A DNA stretch of 64,000 nt from Amphiscolops sp. MND2022 (taxonomy: Eukaryota), in assembly GCA_964187785.1 (NCBI GenBank), contig OZ076409.1, positions 28,460,001-28,524,000 of the forward strand, in the 5' to 3' direction. Of this stretch, positions 27,105 to 38,600 are shown in pieces. The notes below the pieces were generated by a model, which searched no databases, was not told the DNA's origin, and saw nothing but the letters and a program-made list of their open reading frames with translations. Each line of letters begins with the position of its first letter. Within the stretch, counting starts at the first letter, position 1. Made by a program: the position numbers and the translations under genes.

Positions 27105-28418
27105 ATGACACAAGCACAAATTGATCTACAAACCCAGCTTGAACAAGCAACCCCAACAGATCTTATAACTAGACCTCTTTCAAATGATTCTCCTGTTCTC
27201 TATATTGAGACTTCTGAACAAACACCTCCAACTTTTCTTGAACAAATGGAATATACAAAAGTTGAACACGAAAATTCAAAACCTACTCCTCCACAAGATG
27301 ATACTGATCATACACAACCAACACCACCTCCTTCAAAAAAACGATATGAGATTATGAAAGATCCAATCTTTCTTTCGTCACCGATATATCCTCCTTCAAT
27401 ACCTTCAAAAATTTCACTTTGCACGAATCGCGATGACCATTTGATCCCACTTCTTTCTACTGACGATTTCGCCTTTAAAGCACAACTAACTTCACTATAT
27501 ATGCATCCTACCGATTATTCATTTCGACTATATGACAAAAATCAAGACTTCTTCACGTCCATTGCCTCCAAAATAATGGGTCCATACCAATATTGGCTCG
27601 ATAATGGAGTTAAAATTTTCTCTCTAAAATTTAATTTTCTTCGACCGTCTATCTACGATCTCAAAACAGATGAATCTGATCCATCTTTTCTCTCTATAGC
27701 ACAAAAAGCTACTCATCATCAAACGTATACTAAATTTCTACAATACACGAAACCACAAAATCACATTTTTGTCAATTACAAATATACATCACCGTTCACA
27801 ATGACAAATATGTACACTCTGGACCACTCTTGTATAACAGGCTACCTTCGAAATTATGACCCTATAAAACAATACTTCTGTTTGCTTCCATATAACAATA
27901 CTTCACGCCCACTTATTGTACCTCAAGAATATCTCATACATTACGACGATTTTCTGTTGCCTTGCAACATTCCTACTCAAATTGCCAAACCTCTCACTGT
28001 TATTAAACACCTAGTATCTTCTCCACTTGACGATAATGATAGAACGTACTATACAGCACTCTATAAGCAAACGTATTCCTACAATGAACTTCTCTTTATA
28101 TCTGCCAAAACTATCTCTTTCATGGTACAAGCTGAACAAAAAACTGAACATAAATCACACGCTTCACCTATAAAAAACGCTCCTGACAAGCTTTCCTCTG
28201 TACTGAATAATCGAACACTTCGCGACATGACAAATTTACTTGAACCCTATAAACGAAACTCTTCTGACACACCTATCACAACACTCACACATATACTACA
28301 CTGCTACGACAGAACACACAAACTCCTTCAGACACTCGATTTAGACTCTCAACGCATCACTCAATCATCCCAAGCAATTCAATCTGCTTTGGAAACTATA
28401 ACTACTCTTTTTAACTAA
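27105..28418 (+). CDS. Accessory ORF of element A, 437 aa, unknown function
   Basis: Intact ATG ORF between env and the 3' LTR, with the same composition bias as gag-pol. Confidence 0.75.
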   Translation: MTQAQIDLQTQLEQATPTDLITRPLSNDSPVLYIETSEQTPPTFLEQMEYTKVEHENSKPTPPQDDTDHTQPTPPPSKKRYEIMKDPIFLSSPIYPPSIPSKISLCTNRDDHLIPLLSTDDFAFKAQLTSLYMHPTDYSFRLYDKNQDFFTSIASKIMGPYQYWLDNGVKIFSLKFNFLRPSIYDLKTDESDPSFLSIAQKATHHQTYTKFLQYTKPQNHIFVNYKYTSPFTMTNMYTLDHSCITGYLRNYDPIKQYFCLLPYNNTSRPLIVPQEYLIHYDDFLLPCNIPTQIAKPLTVIKHLVSSPLDDNDRTYYTALYKQTYSYNELLFISAKTISFMVQAEQKTEHKSHASPIKNAPDKLSSVLNNRTLRDMTNLLEPYKRNSSDTPITTLTHILHCYDRTHKLLQTLDLDSQRITQSSQAIQSALETITTLFN

Positions 28419-28852
28419 ACTAATCTTCATTAAACTCTTCTACAGGTAATACAAATTTCTTAATTTTTCTTCTCTGGTACATTCTATGATACATCTGTGG
28501 CACATTATAAAAGGTATTTTAATTTTTACCTACTTATTTAAAGTAAAATCTTGCTTTTGAATGAAATCTTAGGACTATTTTTCAAGTACAACAATCTTTC
28601 CTACAGTACATGTCAAAAAGCTAAATACTTCTATCAAAAAAACCTCCAATACAAGACATACAAAAACATATAGCACAACACTACATATGATACATTCTAG
28701 CACCCAATTTTGTTGTACATCCTTGACTTGATATTGTCAGTCTTCTTACACTTCCTTTGTTTTAGAAACATCCATTCTTCTTCCTCCTCCTTCCATACTC
28801 TTTCAGAACATCTCCACTTCTCCTCTTTCGTCTTCTACAGGATTCTCTCGCC

Positions 28853-29305
28853 ATGGCCCCCAACGCTGAAGTAGAAGATATAAGAACTATGACTTCAGGT
28901 CACTCAAAAGTTCATAGCCTCAAAGCAGCTATTTTTCACACAATGGCTCACAAACTTTCACTGGAAATCAACAACAATAAAATAACGCCAAAATCTCTTA
29001 TAGCCTTTCTGAAAATCTTATATAATGTCGCCCAAATCAAAAAGAAACGCATCACATTTGAACAATATTCAAGGATTCATGTTGCCGGACCAAAAATTGC
29101 CATTTGTGAAACGGCTTCTAATGTCGTTTTTGTGTTAAACTCGGCATTCACTTCCAAAGACCAGTATTTTCAAGCTGCCCTACAAGAAGCCACAAACGCA
29201 TTCAATGAAATGCTCCACAGTTTTGCGTATACACAGAAATTAGAACACTATGACCCTCATCAACATCAGGCCCATCCACCTCAACAACATCCTCTATACA
29301 ACTAA
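28853..29305 (+). CDS. Accessory ORF of element A, 150 aa, unknown function
   Basis: Strong Kozak context GCCATGG, 12 nt downstream of a pyrimidine-tract/CAG acceptor-like site ending at 28840. Confidence 0.6.
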   Translation: MAPNAEVEDIRTMTSGHSKVHSLKAAIFHTMAHKLSLEINNNKITPKSLIAFLKILYNVAQIKKKRITFEQYSRIHVAGPKIAICETASNVVFVLNSAFTSKDQYFQAALQEATNAFNEMLHSFAYTQKLEHYDPHQHQAHPPQQHPLYN

Positions 29306-29514
29306 AAGAATATTCTACTTACTTTTATCACTCTTCAACTCCATCTCTTCTTGAATCCATCATTCTTCCTCAATGATGTTTGAGATGTAGCTGTCGATCA
29401 CTCCTCTAAAGAACTTCTCCTACACATGCTGACATCCTTCACTCCACCCACACATGATGGTCAACAACATCCATCCACACTTTGGGTTCATCGACGTTGC
29501 CAACCTTTGTCCTC

Positions 29515-29632
29515 GTCACTGGTCTTCTCAACCTGCTTCTTCACTGGTCTTCACACTTCAACGTTCATCGACTTCTTGACTGGTCTTCACACTTCTATGT
29601 CCGCTGACTTCTTGACTGGTCTTCACACTCCA
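29515..29632. repeat. 3-4 copies of a ~36-bp repeat (core actggtcttcacact) in the 3' region of A
   Basis: Direct observation. Confidence 0.8.
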
Positions 29633-30742
29633 ATGGACTATACTCCAAATTTCAAACATTGTAATCCAAACTTGAGTCACTTTTCAAACTGAACTATACA
29701 CTCAATTTTAACAAATATAACTTGAAACTTTTTGTAACCTATTTTAATCAAATTATAACTTTAATACAGTATAGTGCTATGTACTCTTATCTAATCTTTA
29801 GTGCTCTATACTCTTATCAAATCTTAATCTTCTATAATCGTATTATAATTACCCCTCTGTTGCAAAATCCCTCCAAAATTCTACCGATAATTATCTTTGA
29901 AACCACAATATTATCTGCTTCCATTGTCTTGTGTATAGTACATTGACATAATCTTATCTAATTATTTTGTTACATCTATAATACACTTCAAAAATATATC
30001 TCTAATACCCATCTTTTACAGAACACCAGTCATACCTACAGCACACGAAATTTTCTAAGATTTTTGGACCAAAATTTTCTTTTACAAAACATGTTCTACA
30101 CCTTTGTTTTAATCCCCAAAATCATTCCCAAAAATTTTCACAATTTTCTTTTTGAACTCTTCAAAAATGTAACTTCTCGTTTTCTAATGTTTGAAACTTG
30201 AAATTGCCAAAGTTTTTTTTCAACTGTTGCTTCTGCTCCACTCTTCACTTTCGTTGAAAATGAACTCTCACTCGAACCTTGACTTTTCGAAACTTCTTCA
30301 CTTTTGGTTCACATACCCGCCATTGTTGATTCACAACTCATTGACAACTTCACGCTTTAATTCTTCAACTTGAAAAGTTTTCAATGCTGACTAACTCATG
30401 TTGATGAAAAAATTTTTTCAAACAAGCCGATGGCCGATACGAAGAGAAACATGAAACAATAAATAGTTGTCAACAATAACTTCATAAAAAACTGTCAGTC
30501 AAAGAAACTGAAAGAACTTGAACCTTGCTTGAACCTTTTTGCACCAATTGAATCGTCTATGACGTAAGAAGTCAAATCGTCTTAGGTTGTTCTCACTCCT
30601 TAGGTATAGTACTCTACAAAACGAAACTCATGCAATTCCAGTACAACACATATGAAACAAACCCATGCATATAACAAAAACTTTAGAACTCCTCAAACCC
30701 AAAGTGCATATATGTAATTTTAATTTTAAATTCCCGGTTGAT

Positions 30743-31155
30743 TGTGATGCCATGATGCATGTCCTCAAAGATTCCATATATCTGAAATACTCTGAACTTT
30801 TAACCAAAGTAATTAGTAAATGTAATTTAATTTGGAAGCTAATTATTCTAGAAGAAACTTCATCTAATATATCCTGTATCAAGCTTTCCCGATTCATCCT
30901 GTTGCTGTCACATTGTTAATTGATGAAACCTACCCTAGTTAATAGAATATATCTACTCGGAGAAATTGAGAATTCATCCTGACGATCGGTCTTTCCGTTA
31001 GTACTCCAAGAACTGAGATCTCAGAAATATATTGTAATCAGACTTAGCTAGCTACAAGATACAAAATAAGACGACTCTGCTGTTAAAATCTTAGACTTCT
31101 TATGTCGATGATAAAACATCTAAAAGAAACTACCACACAACTTTTTAACAGCTCA
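30743..31155 (+). repeat. 3' LTR of element A
   Basis: Matches the 5' LTR; followed by TSD CAAT. Confidence 0.95.
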
Positions 31156-31898
31156 CAATCAAAACCGCTGATTATAAATTTCTGTTCTCAAAGTATTTCC
31201 CTGGAAAACCTTATAAGGTTTCAAAATGAAAATGTTTTCATTTTTCCAAACCCGAAATGTGATAGATACTTTCCAACAAGCTGCAAGCAAAAACCAAAAT
31301 TCCAGTTGTACGAGATTGTTTGCCACACTGGCTTTCGTTGAATATTTGTATATGTCATATTTTAGCGCCTGTGCTTACAGAATTGGAGGTTTTGCCCGTG
31401 AAAATCTGCAAAATTTTGTTTTTGTTTAATGGTTTTTTTGTTTAATTTCCTTGATTTTGCTTTGAAAACCCGCCAAGTTGTAGAGAATCTCGATAAAAAC
31501 CTGAAAAATTAGTGACGCAGCATGAAAATATTTAGCACGAAAATTTCCCTAAGCAGCTCCCAAAAACCTAATGAATTTGTCGTGCAGCCTATAAAAACAT
31601 GCGAAGTTTCGAGCACTTTTAACTAGGGTTCGTTCAACAGAGGAGTGATGAAGGGGTTACAAATTCGGCATTTAAGTCTGGTTAGACTGAACCCTTATAA
31701 TTTCTTCTTGAGCTGTCTCATTGATCACGCCTCACCATTCATTGCACTTTCAAAAATACGCGATTTTTTCCCGGAAAAGTTGTAACTCAGTGGCTGGAAT
31801 TTCTCTGTTCTCAAAATGGAAAACTGCTGTGATACGTTGAAAGCTAAAGTTTTCTTCGGATGGAGAAACACGATTTCTTGAAATAGTTTCTGAGAGCC

Positions 31899-33779
31899 CC
31901 CTGGTCGAAGTTGCCGCGAAGTTTTACATGCACCTTCAAAAAATGCCGGCTAATTTTTTGTAAAACATGGAAAATTCAGGGACCATGCCTGGAAAAATTT
32001 CGTAAAATTAACAGGTAACTTGTAAAATTTTTGTAAAATTACCAGGCAACTTGGAAAATGCTGGCAGCATTTCAAGGTATTTTTAAAAAACTTCCCTGCA
32101 ACCTATAAAACAATTTATAAAAAAATCCATGTAGTTTTACTCAAAAAACTCGACAAAAAACTCTGAAAACGACCTTTCAATTTGAACTCGATTCTCATTC
32201 TGACGAAGTCTAATTTCTTCATTTCTAATGTTCTTGTAAAAAAATCAATAAGAAGAAAACTGAATTAAATTCAATCAAAATATACAAAATTGAGTCACAA
32301 TATACAAAATTATTGGCTCTTTTCTGTCCCAATCTTTTTTCAATTCAGATGATTCACCCAACACGTCATCACGCACATCAGCCACTCCACAAAAACATCA
32401 AGTTGACAGGGTCTGAAACAAAAACATACAATCAATACTCTCTGGATCTCAGGAAAAAAACTCCAGGGCACATTTTATCGGACGAAAAACTGTTCTTGAA
32501 CTTCGAAATGTCCTGAAGGCATTTCATTCAATTAATTCGGGCACAAATAAACAAGGCCAAATGGAAATTTTGGGAAAAAAATCACTACTGAAAAAACCTT
32601 GGAAAAACGGAATGTTTCGTGCGAAACACAAGCAGCAAAAACACCAGCTATGATTGTTCCAAACACGAAGTTTTCGAAAAAGCGGAAAGCAAAAAAAACA
32701 TCAAAAAAAATCTACACCAAATTACGACAAAACTTGAAAGACATACCGAAAACGTCTGTGAACGCATGTCCAAAGATGTTAGAAAGCATCGCTATCGTCT
32801 TCCACGTGCAACACTACAGCTGAAGCTCTCAACTCGGATGATTCACCCAACACGTCATCACACATCAGCCACTCCACAAAAACATCGAGTTGACAGGGTC
32901 TGAAACAGTGATTTTAAACGTTATTCCACAAATGTAGTGATTTTAGACGTTATTTCACTGAAATATGGGTATTTTAGTGGTTATTCCAGTAAAATACAGC
33001 ATTTTGGCCATACTTTAACAAAATAACGTAATTTCAGACCTTATTTTAAAGGTAATCAGATGAGAAATGAAATACAATATCCAAAAATTTTGACAAGATT
33101 GTTCGGATTAGAATTTTTCATTTTCAAAAATTTTGTTGACTTTTTTTGATAAAAATCGACAAATTTTTCAATTCATGTGGCAAACTTCAGCAAACATGAT
33201 TGTAAAAACCCAGAATAAGCCTTTTCAATAGTTTTCAAGGTTTTTTTCATGTATTTCGGCGCTGAAAATGTTTGGAAAAATTTGAATTTCGGACCAATCG
33301 AAACAGTCTTATTTTAATATTCCGTTCTAAAGTAGTCCCTGAAAAAATTGTGTAGAACTTCTATATGAAAATGAGTTTGTTTTTTTTATTCCGAAAAGTG
33401 ATAAATATTGCCTATTTCAACAGTTTCCATGCAAAAAAAATTTTCCACTGAAAAAAGTTCCAGTAATACGAATTTGTTTGCCACACGGGCACTAGTTGAC
33501 TATTTGTTTACGTCATATTGTAGCGTCTGTGCTTACAAAATTCGAGGCCTTGCCCACGAAAACCTACAAATTTTCGCGGGGAATTTGTCTTTAATTTCCT
33601 TGATGTTACTCTGAAAACCTGCTAAATTGTAAATAAATATCGATAAATACCTGAAAAATTAGTGACGCAGCATGAAAATATTGAGCATGAAAACTTCTCT
33701 AAGCAGCTCCCAAAAACCTAATAAATTAGCCTTGCAACCTATAAAAGCATGTAAAACTTTCGTGCACTTTCAACTAGGG
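31899..33779. mobile_element. Non-autonomous CACTA/EnSpm-like element, copy 2
   Basis: Starts CCCTGGTCGA, ends TCAACTAGGG; 2-bp TSD CC; internal ~70-bp direct repeat (~32349 and ~32838) and degenerate ~30-bp tandem repeats at 32908-33050. Confidence 0.75.
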
Positions 33780-33885
33780 CCGTGTTTCCTTGAATTCGTA
33801 TCAAAGTATTCGTTCAACTTTGTTTCTGTTGATGTTGCGAGAAAATCGCACAACTTCTTTTCTGTTTTCGAATGAGCTTCAGTCA

Positions 33886-34638
33886 TGTCGTTAGTGTACC
33901 CTTGTGTAACGACAAGCTCTCACCATTGTCGCCGTAACCATAAGAGTTAGAGGAACACATGATATGGGTATTTGCCCGGGACAGGCGCCCATGACCATGA
34001 GCTCATTTTGCCTCTTTCGGGTAAAAACTGTCCCGTCAGAGGAGGATTCCGCTTCTTGTGAAGTGCTCGCCGGCCTGATCCAGTCTGTAATTGCTATCAG
34101 TAGTGCGCATTACGCTTTTTCTTCGAAACCAACACTTAGACAGCCTTTAAAAAATGCAAGTGGTGGAGAGGGAAAATCAAATTTTTTCGAAGTTACACAG
34201 GAGATCGAAATGAGTAGCTCACGAGCTGTTACAACAAGAAAATACGAAAATTACTACATAATTAGCACTTTTGAGGCAGCAATTAGCCGGGGACACAAGC
34301 ACGGATGCTTGGTCAAGCTAATTGACTCATTTTTGGTAATCACAGCGTCTTGTAACGCTTCGCTGAAGAAAGCACTGGTTAGAACAAAGTTCAGTCCGTT
34401 TTGGCAGAAATTTGAGTCTTTTTCTGACAGTGGCCGTGTTTTTCTGCAATCTTCTCGTTTTTTTGGGGTCTCTCTCGAGTCTCTTGCTCAAATCCTCTTC
34501 AATTCCGTGGACAGGTACTTGAATAAAGACACGCTACCGTCTGGCGGAATATGACTCTTTAGTAGAGGAGATATAGTCCCTTGAACGAAATTTTCATCGA
34601 AATTTTCGAAATCGTGCACTCGATAGGTAATCGCTACA
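33886..34638 (-). repeat. Candidate 3' LTR of element B (no partner in window)
   Basis: TG...CA ends; on the minus strand it is preceded by a PPT-like GGGGAGTGTA; lies downstream of B's ORFs. Confidence 0.35.
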
Positions 34639-35651
34639 TACACTCCCCGGGGTCTAGTCTTGACGTCCCCGTCAAGTGTGGGTTGGCGTCATTGAGTCTG
34701 TACCCAGAGTCATCTGTGTCCCACTGAGGAGGTAGAGTGCACATCAAGTAGCGCTGGACGGTTCATTGGGACATCGTCAAGTTGGCCTCGTGGAAGTGTT
34801 TTTGACCCAGCGTTGCTGCATTTTGATCAAATCAATACAACTTTGTATACAAATCTTATACGGCAAGGTCATTACTTTTTGTAGCCTGTCGTGAGCAATT
34901 CAGGCGTTAAAATTTCTTTTCGGCCATTCAAAAAAAAAATTTTTTATTTGCCGTTAGTGTTAAAACTTGTTTTAAGGTCAACGACCATCACATGACTGTT
35001 TGAAACATATTTTCCGAAGCTCGGGAGCTTCGCACTGCTTGGCGTTTGATAAAAGTTCTTTTGGTAAGCAGTTGCCATAAAATCAATCAATTAGTACGGT
35101 CAATTTAAAATTTCTTTTGCGAGACTTACTCTCGATCCTATCAGGTAGCTCAAGAAAAACAATGGTCGAGGTTCATCAATCTTTTTATTCTATTCATTTC
35201 TCATCTCTCCCTTCTTGTTTCCTTTTCCTTCATCTTTTCTTTTTGTCTTTTTCGACAATGGCAACAGTGTAAACGATAACTAGCAACTAAAAGGGTGTAA
35301 TAGCACCGAAAATTTAGAGCACGGAGTGCGCACAGCGCATCCACATGTAGCATAAAGTAGCATGAAAAAGCACTAACTGCAAACACAAATTGCAAATTGA
35401 ATATTGCATCTAACTAAGGCAAGGCAAGAACGCAGTTTCATGGTTGGGTTGCCGGTCCCAAAACGGAATAACAAGGAGGATGAAGCCCGGGGGCTTCATC
35501 TCCACTTGGAGATTTTTACCCATGACCAATTGGCATTTCCATAATCGAAGTTTAGCAACAACAGAGATTGAAACCATGAGATTTCGCAAAAGTTCATCTA
35601 GCATAAGACTATTGAAGTTGGAAATCGAATGACGACAAAGTTAGGTTTGTT

Positions 35652-38600
35652 TTACTGGGTGGCGGAGGAGTGACGCGCTCTGGGGGAAACGTCTGCCTTT
35701 GGTTGCAGTTCGGACAGAGATCCTCTTCGCGTATTTCCTCCTCGCAGGACTGGCTTTGGTTCGGCGCTGGCAGTTTCATGGGTCCTAGGAGCCGTGTTTG
35801 AGCCACTAGGGCCATTTTCTGCGGCTACAGGAGTTGAGGCTTCTGGCGAATGTTCTTGCGCTGCATTGGCTGAGCCGCTAACATTGACAGAACTTGTGGT
35901 CGACGTGGAGATTGGGATCTGCACATCCAATCTACTAGCATTAAACAAGTGCGGTAGATCCAGCGGTCTATTGCGGGTGGCAATGGGTCGTTTCTGTTTC
36001 GCACTGAGTTTCGGGCGTAGATCAGGTCGGCCCCAGAGCCCGCAGGCTCTGGACCAGTTGTCCCTGTTTGCATGTTCTATGATTTGCCTGGAGGCTTCCC
36101 ATTCGGGTCCGAGGGGATCACTTAGCAATTCCATGACGTGGTAGCAAGTCTCCGCTGGCATGTCGCTTCCCATAGTAACCCTCGCCTCTGGATTCCAAAC
36201 AGGCATTGTCAGTGGGGGGATGATCAAACCTTTTAGGCGTCCTTGGCGCTCCTCCAGGGTCCTTGACATCCACACGCCAAGTTTGTAGTGGTCGCGATAG
36301 GCATACTGCTCATCAAAGCCCTTCTCGACCATACTGATTGGCTTGGCCCGGATATAACCGATGGGTCCTCGCCAGTACCTGGCTGGAAGCTTAATCATTT
36401 GGAAATTGTACTCCTGATTCGTGTGACCGCCCATGGTTTGCACACATTCGGTCACGTACTTCCTGAGGTGTGCGAAACTCCAATTGAATCGCTGTGGGAT
36501 TCCGAGGTGGTCTAGGGGAGAATTATACCAATTCACCGGGCCGTATTCGCGAGGTAAAGGGCACGCCTTCTTTGTTCGGGCTTTGAGAATACCGGCCAGG
36601 TTTTCGTCTTGCTGCGTCTCATTCTTTATTGTGGTATACATGCGTGGTACTAGCAGAAACAGCCCACGTTCAAGCATCTGTTGATAGTTGTGTGGTTTCA
36701 CGTTCTTCAGATAAGTTAGGATGGATACCGTTAACGTCTCCGAGGCCAGTCTCAGAGGCTTGGTGGGATATCGGAGTATCCCGGTTGGGCCAAATATCGG
36801 AGTTAGCACGGGTGCTAACACCGGTATAAGATCTTCGACTTCAGCCAAAGTGAAATCTGCCAGCTGGTTGGGTGTCAAAAATCCAGCTACCTCGGTCACT
36901 AGCTGACGTCCATCATATAATGGTTGGTGCTTATCCACCCCCACGAAAAGTCCCGAGGCAAAGACCAGACTGCAATATATCCAGTGATATAATGAAGTTG
37001 TCATACGCTCCAGGTGAGCGGGATAATCCTGAGCGTCTTTCCGTTGCAACAGCTTGGCTAGGGCGGTGAGGCCTGAGATATTCCCTCGTGCAATCACCAG
37101 ATATGAAAATAGCCATTCCAGATTACACTCGGTAACCAGGTCAGTCAATATCATCATTGGGCCAGCTACAAAGCGTTTCTGCCCGAAAGTGAGCATCAGT
37201 GCAAAGAGTTCGTCCACCTGCACGGTACCGATAATCTCGCTGATTTCGATCAACCAACTCTCCTCTAAATCGAACTCGACTCGAATAACATCGGGACTCC
37301 AACCCAATCCTAAACAGATGGCAAACTGGTCGGTTGACATCCCAAGCTCTTTTGCAATGTCTGCTACGGTGGTAGTTTGTAGCCGCTGGTACCAAGCGTC
37401 GTAGGTGCTGCTGAAGGCTTGGATTTCAGCCTGAGTTTCGCTCGTCAGTTTTGCAGCAATGTACTTCATTCCCACTGATAATTGATCGATTGTGAGGTCT
37501 TTGGCAAATTGAACTCGCGGGATGGCTCGTTCTACTTCTCGGTCGCTGGGGACTTTGCTCATTGTGGCAGTGACTTCTGCTAGATCGGTTTTGATACAAG
37601 TCTTTCCACCGGAGGAGCGCGCGCGCTCTATCCAGTTATTCAGGCGGATTGCCTCGCATTCAGCCGTACTGGGCTCTGGGACTCGCCTTTCTCCGTCCTT
37701 GTTGAATACCAACAAGCCCATGCGAGTGCCGTGATCAAAGTAGATGGCATCGTCGATTGTCAGCTGCGCGTTCCCTGTCTTTTCCACTGACTGTAGCACT
37801 TTAGACACTGAGGCAATATACCCCATGTAGGACAGCCAGGAGGGACGAAAGTCATTGGAGCTAATCCGCATATTGGGCGCGCAGATCGCAAAGTCTATTT
37901 CTCTACACTTGCAAACTTCTGTCACCATGTATACAAATCTCTGCAAGGCGGGGGGCCATTGGCAAAAACCTGGGGGTGTCACGAACAGGGCTGGCACCTT
38001 GAGTTTGTCCTTCAAGATGTTTTGGGCTTTCTCCATGGCTCGGGCCATGTTCAATGCTGCATTGCGTACCGTTGTTCGCTGAGCTGGACTTGGATTCATA
38101 ATCTCAACGTTCGCGATCTGGGCCATTAGTCCTTCACAGGCCATGTGATCGAAAACGTTGCTGATGATCACTCTACGTGGAGGTGGCTCTTTGAAGGTTC
38201 CTGTCATCTCAGGGTCAAACATGGTGACCAACACTTCGGCCATCTCGGGAATACGTGACAGCGGTAGAGTAAAAACCATCACGTCTGACAACACGTTGTC
38301 AATGGGGACATTCTTGAGGAATGTTGAGTCAATAAGTAAGGCGAAGCGCGCACGCTGCAACCTTTCTTTTGGCATTGGTAGCTGGGCTTCGAGATCACGG
38401 GCGTACCGTGGGTTGATCTCAAAGGTCTCTCCAGCGTTGAGGAAATATCGATCGGCGAATTGACCACGAAGGTCAATGTTGAGGGCGTCTAGGTAATTGT
38501 CTTCTACGTTTGGCAGCATATTCATTGCCTTCCCTAGCCATGGCGGCTCATTGGTAGGGGTGTGGTCGGGGCGGATTGGACGATTCATGAATACAGGTAC

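Larger units (their letters stand above)
13356..31155 (+). mobile_element. Full-length 17.8-kb env-bearing Ty3/Gypsy (errantivirus-like) LTR retroelement A
   Basis: Two 413-bp TG...CA LTRs; 4-bp TSD CAAT (13352-13355 and 31156-31159); PBS; PR-RT-RH-IN domain order; env-like ORF. Confidence 0.95.
11330..31628. mobile_element. Non-autonomous CACTA/EnSpm-like element, copy 1 (~2.5 kb; 11330-13355 plus 31156-31628), split by LTR element A
   Basis: Starts CCCTAGTCGA, ends TTAACTAGGG; 2-bp TSD TT. Both arms align with the copy at 31899-33779. Confidence 0.75.

Noticed and set aside
29310..30400. Antisense Trp/Glu-rich spliced gene in the 3' region of A (GTAAGT donor near 29320)
   Set aside because: The frame has many TGA/TAG stops, and the G-rich minus strand yields such peptides by composition alone.
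33905..34233. Solo LTR bounded by TGTAAC...GTTACA
   Set aside because: No target-site duplication; the left motif is part of the local hairpin TGTCGTTA/TAACGACA.
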